Positions 21,274 through 29,064 of a stretch of DNA of 64,000 nt are shown here, piece after piece. The DNA comes from a virus. The stretch covers positions 64,001-128,000 of the IMG/VR virus record IMGVR_UViG_3300021142_002226; one strand, given 5' to 3'. Every line of letters begins with the position of its first letter. Positions within the stretch are counted from its first letter, which is position 1. The position numbers and the translations under genes are program-made. Under the pieces are notes generated by a model. It was given only the letters and a program-made list of their open reading frames with translations, was not told the origin of the DNA and ran no database searches.

Positions 21274-21602
21274 ATTTTTAGTCTTTTTAATATATAGTAG
21301 TTATTTTCTTTTTTTAATAATTCTATGTTATTAGTAATAGTAACACATCTTTGTTCGAAAGTCAATACTTCATCAATAGAAAGTTCAAACCATTCCCCAA
21401 TTAATTTTTTTGTTATAAATTCTCTATGAAGTGTTTTTTCAATCAAATTAGCATATTCAGATTCAAATACTTTCAATATTTCAACTTTTTCACTATTACC
21501 AGTCTGTAAATTTTTTACTCTGTTGTTAATATTTTTTGTCGTTGATACACCGATTTTGTATTTATCACCTGATCTAATCAAATAAATGATTTTTTTTGAC
21601 AT
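21270..21602 (-). CDS. GIY-YIG superfamily nuclease (T5orf172/MUG113-like)
   Basis: IYLIRSGDKYKIGVS...RVKNLQTGN...EKTLHREF...GEWFEL. Confidence 0.8.
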   Translation of the reverse strand: MSKKIIYLIRSGDKYKIGVSTTKNINNRVKNLQTGNSEKVEILKVFESEYANLIEKTLHREFITKKLIGEWFELSIDEVLTFEQRCVTITNNIELLKKENNYYILKRLKI

Positions 21603-21643
21603 ATATATAATATATACATAATATACATTAAAGTAAAGTTTAT

Positions 21644-22060
21644 ATGAAGAAAAAGAAAAAAATCAGTAGTTTTGGAAAAAAAATGAAAGAAATGAATGGT
21701 ACCTCAAAACTTGAGGTTAAATTTAGTCAATTATTAGACGAATTGAATATCAAATATATTACACATTATATCTTTAAGGATAGGGAATATGATTTTTTTC
21801 TGTTAGAGCACAATATATTGGTTGAAACCCATGGTTGTTTCTTTCATTGTTGTAAAGAAGACGGATTTAAACCAGAATATGCTTTTCAAAGAAAAAATAT
21901 AAAAAACGATCAATATAAAAGTAAAATAGTTAAATTTGATAAAGATTATAATCTATTAATTGTATGGGAACATGAAATGAAAGACAAGAAAGTGTTAACT
22001 GAGAAGATCAATAACTTTGTTGGAAAATATAGTAAAAATTTATTGATTGAAAAAAAGTAG
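21644..22060 (+). CDS. Vsr/DUF559-like PD-(D/E)xK endonuclease
   Basis: SKLEVKF...YDFFL...LVETHGCFFH...ND..K...LLIVWEHE motifs. Confidence 0.75.
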   Translation: MKKKKKISSFGKKMKEMNGTSKLEVKFSQLLDELNIKYITHYIFKDREYDFFLLEHNILVETHGCFFHCCKEDGFKPEYAFQRKNIKNDQYKSKIVKFDKDYNLLIVWEHEMKDKKVLTEKINNFVGKYSKNLLIEKK

Positions 22061-22088
22061 TAAGTACCAAGACTAATTTCAATTATTT

Positions 22089-22502
22089 TTAGTCTTTATT
22101 TTTGTTCATTTTACGATAAACAGTATCAAAACGTCTATCTAATTGTTTTTCAAGTTCCTTCTTTTCATCTTCAATTAAACGATATATTTCATTTAATTTT
22201 GTTTCTAAAGAATTATCTCGATTTTCGAAGTCTCTATCAGTATTATTGAATCTATCTTCAATAGTCCTGAATACATCTTCGATTTGTCTTGCAAGCTCTG
22301 TATTGAGCTCTTTTATTTTATCACCATGATTTCGATCCTGATCATCAAAATGACGATAAATTCCGTCAATTATACTTTCAGTTTCGTTACGCAAAACTTC
22401 TAATTTTGAAACCTTACGTGTTAACTTTACAATTGCCCAAGTCATTAAACCTAAGAATATCACACCAAGTGTGATTGATATTGTAGCTATTATTATTTCC
22501 AT
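22089..22502 (-). CDS. Membrane-anchored coiled-coil protein
   Basis: N-terminal hydrophobic helix (IIIATISITLGVIFLGLMTWAIV) followed by a charged heptad-rich helix. Confidence 0.7.
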   Translation of the reverse strand: MEIIIATISITLGVIFLGLMTWAIVKLTRKVSKLEVLRNETESIIDGIYRHFDDQDRNHGDKIKELNTELARQIEDVFRTIEDRFNNTDRDFENRDNSLETKLNEIYRLIEDEKKELEKQLDRRFDTVYRKMNKNKD

Positions 22503-22584
22503 ATATATTTTTTTTTAATTTATACGAAATTAATCATGATACTTACTAATACAATTATAATATTGAAATTCTTAAAATAAATAA

Positions 22585-22629
22585 AAAACCTTCAAATATC
22601 CAAAAATAATTGAATAAATTGAAGGTTTT
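22585..22629 (-). terminator. Possible terminator after the tail tube gene
   Basis: 11-bp inverted repeat aaaaccttcaa/ttgaaggtttt followed by a T-run on the minus strand. The 23-nt loop is unusually long. Confidence 0.4.
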
Positions 22630-22650
22630 AAGTATTTCAAATTTAAAATA

Positions 22651-23139
22651 TTAGTAAACTAATATAGCTCTATCAAAACGTAAGGTTATGTCAATCTCTG
22701 CAAGATCGTTAGAATCATAACCTAAATCTTTGAAATCACCTGAAGTTATAAATGCTCCTTGTAAAATCCATTTTTCAACAACAACTCCTGTAGGATCCAG
22801 CATTTCTAATTCAACGTCTTTTTTGTAACCTGCCGCATAACCCATTCTACCAGTTACAGATTCTGCACAAAGACGAATCCATTCCATGATAGCTTGTGAT
22901 GCTGAAGGACCAATTGGATCTCTCAAAGTAACTGTAATAGTTTCCCATACAAATCTACCAGCAACCCAAGTTGAAGTATTCAAAAAAGGAATTTCAGTTT
23001 CTGCTACTGTAATTTTAGGTCTTGAAGCCGTTTTGATAAACCACTCATTAATTCCTAATGAACTTGGAAATCTTAATATAAACCTATTCTTTTTCTTTGG
23101 TTCATACGGAACAGGCATTTTCATCAACAAATTAGCCAT
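22651..23139 (-). CDS. Tail tube protein (T4 gp19-like)
   Basis: 162 aa. YEPKKKNRFILRFP...RPK...IPFLN...VAGRFVWETITVTLRDPI...W..L...GRMGYAAGYKKDVELEMLDPTG..VEKWILQGAF. Follows the sheath gene. Confidence 0.9.
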   Translation of the reverse strand: MANLLMKMPVPYEPKKKNRFILRFPSSLGINEWFIKTASRPKITVAETEIPFLNTSTWVAGRFVWETITVTLRDPIGPSASQAIMEWIRLCAESVTGRMGYAAGYKKDVELEMLDPTGVVVEKWILQGAFITSGDFKDLGYDSNDLAEIDITLRFDRAILVY

Positions 23140-23176
23140 AATATATTTTTTTAAAATTTAATTTTATTTTCTTACT

Positions 23177-23184
23177 TATAAATA
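23177..23184 (-). promoter_or_regulatory. Putative late promoter TATTTATA for the tube gene
   Basis: Recurrent octamer upstream of the ATG at 23139. Confidence 0.45.
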
Positions 23185-23280
23185 GTTTAAAAGATGATTT
23201 CTACGCATTCAATTTAAAAATATTTGAAAATAATTTTAAAAAAACTTGTTTTTATCATTTTCTTTTCCTAATTTTATATA

Positions 23281-23395
23281 GGTCCTATATAATAATAGGA
23301 CCAATATATAATATATATAATATAATAAATAAGGACCTGGTCCTAATATAATATATAATATAATAATAAGGACCTAATATATATTAGGTCCTTAT
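23281..23395. repeat. AT-rich element with six AGGACC/GGTCCT boxes forming inverted repeats, including a 30-bp perfect palindrome
   Basis: GGWCC cores at 23281, 23298, 23333, 23339, 23370 and 23387, separated almost only by A/T. Palindrome ataaggacctaatatatattaggtccttat at 23366-23395. Confidence 0.85.
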
Positions 23396-23401
23396 ATTTT
23401 T

Positions 23402-26400
23402 TTACAAATTTTCAAATGAAACACTTGTTGGAGTTACATCAAACTCAAGTTCAATAAACTCTAATGCATCAATTGGTTTCAAGAATATTTTACCTGTTAA
23501 GGTATTTCTATCTGTATCAGAAGCTGGATCCAATTTGATTCTAAAATCACTTAGACCTCTTTCTTTTCTAATATTATCCAATATTGGATTAACTAATGAT
23601 AAGAATTGTGTTCTTACAATATCGTCATTTGGATCGAATAATAATCTATTAGAAACAGATATAATAAGTTTTCTTGCTTGAAGTAATAATCTTCTGATAT
23701 TCAATCTGTTAAGAGCTGAATCTCTTTCTTGTAAGTTTCTATTACCCCAAATTACTGTACCAACATCAGAGAAGGTTGCTATTGGGTTAACTCTTGAAGG
23801 ATAAAGAATATCTCTTGCGTCTTGGTCAAGAACAATTCTTGTTCTTTTACAGTTAACTAAACCTCTATTATAACCTGCGGTAGCAAACCAAGGGAATGCA
23901 ACGTTATCGGTATAAGCTAAGTTTCTTACTACTTCAAGAGTAGGTGGTAACCATAGGTAAGCATTGTTTTCAACGTCAGCTATTTGTAACCAAGGATAGA
24001 AAAGAGCTGTATAGTTTGAATCTAAGTTCAAATTATCCATCATATCAGAGATATCATTAGGGAACATCCATTGAGTTGTATCTGCTGGATTTGTATTGTT
24101 ATATACAGATATATCTGGTATTGTTGCGATATAGATTGAATCTAATCTTTTCTCTTCAACTATTGTTATTACCTCTTGTGCTAATTCATTGTTATTTACA
24201 ACATCAATACCTGGAGTTACTAATACATTTATATTAGTTTTTTCTGGGTTTTGGAATGTTTTATAACCATATAGGTAAGCATAGTAATCCGAAGAACCCC
24301 AAGTTTCGTCATATTCAGCATTAGTGAATGAAGCAAAATGTCCATTAACAAAGCTTGATTGTCCAATTCTGTATAAATCACCATTAGTTCTTGTATCTCT
24401 ATAGAAATCCCAACCATCAAATCCTCCAGACATAAGCGCTGTGAATTTTCTTGTTTTGATATCGTAATATGTTTGAGTTGTATCTGTAGCTAAAAGTACT
24501 GGGTCAGTGAATTGTCCATCTCCAACAGCATATAAAGAAGTATCAGCATTTACGTCAAGGTGGAAACCTTTTGTCATACCACCCCAAGGGTTACCTGTAT
24601 TATATGTAATTGTACCAATATTTTCAGCACCAATGAATGATGTTATATCAGCGTCAAAACCATAATCATAGTCACTGAAACCTAAGTAAGTTTTTCTAAC
24701 TTTATCTCCAGAAGATATCAAAGTAGTTCCCAAAGGATTAGTTTGCCATACATCACCAGGTTGATAATACTTAGTTTTGTATGCAATTTCTGGTATAGCC
24801 ACATCAGAATATGTTCTGAAAGAATAACCTTCGAAACCAGCTGGAACAGCATCAGAAGGTGCGTTTGGATCAACATCAATTATGATATATGAACTATTTA
24901 ATGTATATTTGTTATCAAGTGTACCAACTAATCTTCCGATAAAGTTAGAACTTGCTTCATCCATTGTACAATTCAAGTATCTTTCGAATATAACAGGCAC
25001 AGCATCAGTATCAGAGAACGATCTAACCAAAAGGTCAAATGTACCCTTAGCAAGATCTACGTTTGCAATAGAAACCTTAATTTCAGTATTTGCATGATTA
25101 CCATCAGATATAGAAACCACTCTGAATAGATTTTGTGCTTTTCCACCTCTTAACTCGGAAACAAAGAACGGAGTAGAAGGGGCTTGGTATTGGAACATAA
25201 AGTTATTCCAACCACCTGCACCAGCTGGGATATATTTCAATTCAGGATGAAGTCCTTTTATTTTACCATTTAACCAACCTTTTGCAAGTGTTGAATCATA
25301 TGTTTCTTCAACATACATTTCAGTAGTTTTATCGGTATTTGTAACACCAAGTACGTTTTTGATATAATTTCTTTTTGTTTCATCCAAAGAAAGATTATAT
25401 GTGAATGTAGTACTTGTTGTAGTTTTACCTGTTATTGTAATGTCAGCATAAGGATTTGATTCAGCGCTAACAATACTACCATATCCTACAGTTGAACCAC
25501 TAACTAAAAAGTCTAATGTATCATTCACATAAAGACCTTTTCCTCTAATTGTAGAAACCAACATATTATGATATTCTGCATATGGATCAGCAGCATATGA
25601 TGTAACGTATATTTTAACTTTACCAAAGATTGATGTACCGTTTTCATATACATGGTCTGTTGTCATTATGAATGAAACACCACTATATGTTTCAGTCATA
25701 GTATCGTATACAAACGTATCATTTATAAAGTAAGCATCTTCATCGCTTGAAGGTACAGTTGATGGATAAACATAAGAATCAACAGTAGATGGTGCATTAT
25801 TCACATACGTAGAAGTATTACCACCAGTCGTTTTAGCTGCATTTGTTACAGTTGTAACTGTTGCTGAAGGGTTAACACCCCATTTCATTATATCGTGCTT
25901 CCAATAGTTACCTGTAGTACCTGTAGCAGTAGTGTATTTTGCAAAGTAATTGTTATAAGCATTCACAATCAGTGATGAGTCAATACCTACCAAACTTGCT
26001 ATATTTGCAAGAACTGATGTTGATGTTCCTGTTACATTATAAACAGTATCAGTTGTTGTACCTGAGAAACCAAAAGTATAAGATGTTGTTGTAGGTACCA
26101 TTGTGGTTTGATCAACCGCACCGAGCGTTCTAATTGCCCAAGCATCTCCTTTATCGTAACCAGATAAACCAAGAATACGAGTTACGTACAATTGGTTTGA
26201 TTGACTCAAATAATTTTTTGCTATATATGAAAGTTCATATTTAACAATTTGGGTATTTCTAAATTTTTCAGGATTAATTCCACCAAAAACCTTAGAAAAT
26301 TGGTCATAATTTGCAATAGGAATTGGCTGAAATGCTGGGCCTTTTACGGTTTCGCCAGCCGCACCTAAAGTCGTTATACCAATCGTCTCAATGCTGTATG

Positions 26401-26455
26401 TTAAATCTTTCTCTGAAGTGTAAACACCAGGTGACGCATAAACTATATTTGCCAT
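23402..26455 (-). CDS. Contractile tail sheath protein
   Basis: 1017 aa. N-terminal SPGVYTSEKDLT...GETVKGPAFQP; C-terminal PWFATAGYNRG...RVNPIATF..VGTVIWGNRNL...LNRLNIRRLLL...LFDPND. Confidence 0.95.
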   Translation of the reverse strand: MANIVYASPGVYTSEKDLTYSIETIGITTLGAAGETVKGPAFQPIPIANYDQFSKVFGGINPEKFRNTQIVKYELSYIAKNYLSQSNQLYVTRILGLSGYDKGDAWAIRTLGAVDQTTMVPTTTSYTFGFSGTTTDTVYNVTGTSTSVLANIASLVGIDSSLIVNAYNNYFAKYTTATGTTGNYWKHDIMKWGVNPSATVTTVTNAAKTTGGNTSTYVNNAPSTVDSYVYPSTVPSSDEDAYFINDTFVYDTMTETYSGVSFIMTTDHVYENGTSIFGKVKIYVTSYAADPYAEYHNMLVSTIRGKGLYVNDTLDFLVSGSTVGYGSIVSAESNPYADITITGKTTTSTTFTYNLSLDETKRNYIKNVLGVTNTDKTTEMYVEETYDSTLAKGWLNGKIKGLHPELKYIPAGAGGWNNFMFQYQAPSTPFFVSELRGGKAQNLFRVVSISDGNHANTEIKVSIANVDLAKGTFDLLVRSFSDTDAVPVIFERYLNCTMDEASSNFIGRLVGTLDNKYTLNSSYIIIDVDPNAPSDAVPAGFEGYSFRTYSDVAIPEIAYKTKYYQPGDVWQTNPLGTTLISSGDKVRKTYLGFSDYDYGFDADITSFIGAENIGTITYNTGNPWGGMTKGFHLDVNADTSLYAVGDGQFTDPVLLATDTTQTYYDIKTRKFTALMSGGFDGWDFYRDTRTNGDLYRIGQSSFVNGHFASFTNAEYDETWGSSDYYAYLYGYKTFQNPEKTNINVLVTPGIDVVNNNELAQEVITIVEEKRLDSIYIATIPDISVYNNTNPADTTQWMFPNDISDMMDNLNLDSNYTALFYPWLQIADVENNAYLWLPPTLEVVRNLAYTDNVAFPWFATAGYNRGLVNCKRTRIVLDQDARDILYPSRVNPIATFSDVGTVIWGNRNLQERDSALNRLNIRRLLLQARKLIISVSNRLLFDPNDDIVRTQFLSLVNPILDNIRKERGLSDFRIKLDPASDTDRNTLTGKIFLKPIDALEFIELEFDVTPTSVSFENL

Positions 26456-26546
26456 ATTTGTCTTTTTTTCGTTTTATATTATTATCTTAATGATAAATAT
26501 TATAAAATAATCCAAAATACTTTACTTTTTGAGAATTATTTATATT

Positions 26547-27326
26547 TTAGCCGTTTTTTCCTTCCTTAAGAATTATCACTCTATTTATGGCTGGAACCAC
26601 TTGGAAATCTGCTGGGTCGAGAATGAACCCTTGTAGTGTAAAATTGTATAAATGGACATAAAATCTTCTCTGGTCTAAGTCTTGAACTTGACTTTCATCT
26701 GAATCATCTTCCAGTAGAATTGGGATATAATGCCCATTAACCATTGTATATGCTTGTAAGCTTCTGAATTCTTTCATTACTATTTTGTTAAATTCATTTA
26801 AATCAGCTTGTCTTGTAGAAAATAATCTAACTTCATAAATTATATCAATTGGTGTTGGCATAGGGATTTTATAAAGATCAACACCTTTTCTGTTACCATC
26901 CCAAGTAGGAACTTCAGAGTATGTGTATGTTCTGTTACCTGGAATATTGTGTAAAAGATTTGCATTTGTTCCTGGACGTGTATTTGGTTTACGAACAATT
27001 GTTATAAACGGCATCTCAATATTTTTATATTCATCTAACAAAGACCATGTTTGTGTAAACTCATTCCATTTTTGCAAACTAAGCATGATTACAGGCACTT
27101 TTTTGTTATCAATGACCGTTTGCATACTTTCAGTAACAAAGTTCTTAAAACCCTTGTCTAAATCGAAATGAAGAACACCTTTAGGTAGATAAACATCTTT
27201 ATCCACAATTAAATTTTTCATATCATCAGCAGCAGAACTTGCCATAGACTCAGACTGCGGATATTCCACATTTGGTCTTGGATGATACAAATTAACATTT
27301 TTTTTATATGTGCTTGGTAAACTCAT
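26547..27326 (-). CDS. Tail terminator / completion protein (gp15-like)
   Basis: 259 aa. 'MPFITIVR...PTPIDIIYEVRLFS..QADLNEF...' pattern; lies between the neck and sheath genes. Confidence 0.6.
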   Translation of the reverse strand: MSLPSTYKKNVNLYHPRPNVEYPQSESMASSAADDMKNLIVDKDVYLPKGVLHFDLDKGFKNFVTESMQTVIDNKKVPVIMLSLQKWNEFTQTWSLLDEYKNIEMPFITIVRKPNTRPGTNANLLHNIPGNRTYTYSEVPTWDGNRKGVDLYKIPMPTPIDIIYEVRLFSTRQADLNEFNKIVMKEFRSLQAYTMVNGHYIPILLEDDSDESQVQDLDQRRFYVHLYNFTLQGFILDPADFQVVPAINRVIILKEGKNG

Positions 27327-27330
27327 AAAC

Positions 27331-27345
27331 TATTTATAATAAATA
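27331..27345. promoter_or_regulatory. Overlapping divergent TATTTAT late-promoter-like motifs
   Basis: TATTTATA on + (27331-27338) and TATTTATT on - (27338-27345) within the 23-bp gap between divergent genes. Confidence 0.45.
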
Positions 27346-27349
27346 TATC

Positions 27350-27964
27350 ATGAGTTGCGTTTATATACATACAAGAAAAGATAATAATGAAGTTTTTTAT
27401 GTTGGTATAGGTAAAACCGAAAAAAGGGCTTATTCTAAGTTTAATAGAAATAAACATTGGTTAAATATTATAAATAAAGTAGATTATAATGTATTAATTT
27501 TGAAAAGTAATATTAGTTGGGTTGATGCTTGTTTGGAAGAAGAAAGGCTAATTACTTTATATGGTCGAATTGATTTAAATAGTGGTACCTTAGTTAATTT
27601 AACAAATGGTGGTGAGGGTAAAATTAATTTTATTGTTACTGATGATATAAAAAAGAAAATGTCTAAAGCTCAGAAAGGTAGAATTATAACTGTTGAACAT
27701 AGAGATAAAATATCCAAATCTATGAAAGGACGTATACCAGTAAATAAAGGTAAAAAACTAACTGATATTGAATTAGAAAAATTTAATAAACTATATTACA
27801 AACCAATATTACAATATAAATTAAATGGTGAGTTTATTAAGGAATACCCATCTGCTAAAATAGCATCTAAAGATGTTAATATATTAAGGACAAGTATTAA
27901 TAATTGTTGTTACGGTAGATCTAAATCCGCTGGTGGTTTTAAATGGGTATTTAAAACCAATTGA
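27350..27964 (+). CDS. Homing endonuclease, GIY-YIG with NUMOD3/NUMOD1 DNA-binding repeats
   Basis: VYIH...FYVGIGK..RAY...NLTNGGEG; KKKMSKAQKG...HRDKISKSMKGR (NUMOD3); KPILQYKLNGEFIKEYPSAK.AS...I..CC.GR.KSAGGFKW (NUMOD1). Opposite orientation to the flanking structural genes. Confidence 0.85.
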   Translation: MSCVYIHTRKDNNEVFYVGIGKTEKRAYSKFNRNKHWLNIINKVDYNVLILKSNISWVDACLEEERLITLYGRIDLNSGTLVNLTNGGEGKINFIVTDDIKKKMSKAQKGRIITVEHRDKISKSMKGRIPVNKGKKLTDIELEKFNKLYYKPILQYKLNGEFIKEYPSAKIASKDVNILRTSINNCCYGRSKSAGGFKWVFKTN

Positions 27965-27986
27965 AATTATGTACTTGGTGTTGCCA

Positions 27987-28505
27987 TTATATTCCTTTAA
28001 AATCTGCTTTGTCTATAACAATGCATCTAACTTTTTTATAATACGTTTTGTAATTATATAACATTTGGTTGGTATCTGGTATATAATTAGGATCTGTTAC
28101 AGAAAAATATACAATACTATCATTATCAAGTACATAACCAATTATATCACCATATGTTATATCCACATTTTTTCTTTTCAATTCATTCAAATAAACGATA
28201 AAGTCAAGGTTACCAAAATTTGATGTTCTTAAGGTACCGTTTTGGTTGTATGCTTTGTTAACAGCTTGTTCAAGAGTTAATAAAACATTTAATTCGACTG
28301 GTGGAAGATAGATTATTTGGTCTTTTTTTGTTTCACCATACACATCATCGTAATTCGTATTAACCCTATCTATTCTATAAAGAATTAATCTGAAATTACT
28401 ATCTTCATTAACAATATCGTCACCAATTCCAACATCTAAGTCAAAATCAGCCTGATCATACCATTTGGATAATCTTGTATTTGGAATCCTATTTCTTCTT
28501 TCCAT
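27987..28505 (-). CDS. Head closure / neck protein (gp14-like)
   Basis: 172 aa. 'LYRIDRVNT..DDVYGE...PPVEL...GNLDFIVY..EL...DITYGDIIG' pattern; lies next to the tail terminator gene. Confidence 0.6.
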   Translation of the reverse strand: MERRNRIPNTRLSKWYDQADFDLDVGIGDDIVNEDSNFRLILYRIDRVNTNYDDVYGETKKDQIIYLPPVELNVLLTLEQAVNKAYNQNGTLRTSNFGNLDFIVYLNELKRKNVDITYGDIIGYVLDNDSIVYFSVTDPNYIPDTNQMLYNYKTYYKKVRCIVIDKADFKGI

Positions 28506-28526
28506 ACTAATAAATAGTATAATATA

Positions 28527-28558
28527 TTTGCTTTTATCAACATTTATTATTAATATTG
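28527..28558 (+). promoter_or_regulatory. Bacteroidota-type promoter variant TTTG-N20-TAATATTG
   Basis: Exact 20-nt spacer; ends 5 nt before the ATG at 28564. Confidence 0.45.
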
Positions 28559-28563
28559 TAATT

Positions 28564-29064
28564 ATGTTAGATTTAAAAAAATTATCCGATATTATTGAAT
28601 ATCTGGAATTAATACCAGGTTATAACGATTGTATTTTGAATAAAACATGTTATAGAATTGGTGAATTTTGGTCATTAACCTATGATTTTGAAAAGTTTAG
28701 AAAAAAACTGAACGCAAATTGGGATGAAAACGAAGTTTTAAACTACATATATAAAAATTATAATTATAAAGATAATTTTTTTGTTAAAATTATAGAAAAC
28801 CCAACCAGAAAGAAAATTGCTAAATATGATAATAAAATGCTTTTTTGCGATGGTTTAGATGAAGCACTTATTGGTGTTAGATTTGGTTTTGATGAAAATA
28901 AAAATATAGCGGTTTATGATTACGATAGATGTATAGATTCTATCTTAGCTGAATCGGACGGAGAAATGGAAGAATGTGATGCTATAGAACATATGGAATA
29001 TAATGTTACTGGTGCATATGTTGGTGAATACACTCCATGTTTTTTAACAAATATTGATGAATAA
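28564..29064 (+). CDS. Conserved phage hypothetical protein
   Basis: The track ORF starts at 28465 and overlaps the neck gene; the in-frame ATG at 28564 is more plausible. C-terminal 'DGLDEALIG...AVYD...DAIEHMEYNVTGAYVGEYTP' is a recurrent phage domain. Confidence 0.65.
   Translation: MLDLKKLSDIIEYLELIPGYNDCILNKTCYRIGEFWSLTYDFEKFRKKLNANWDENEVLNYIYKNYNYKDNFFVKIIENPTRKKIAKYDNKMLFCDGLDEALIGVRFGFDENKNIAVYDYDRCIDSILAESDGEMEECDAIEHMEYNVTGAYVGEYTPCFLTNIDE

Noticed and set aside
23281-23395. CRISPR array
   Set aside because: Repeats are only 6-8 bp and inverted, spacers are low-complexity A/T, and no cas genes are present.
28465-28563. Upstream extension of the 199-aa ORF
   Set aside because: It overlaps the divergent neck gene and the promoter region; ATG 28564 follows a promoter-like motif and is preferred.
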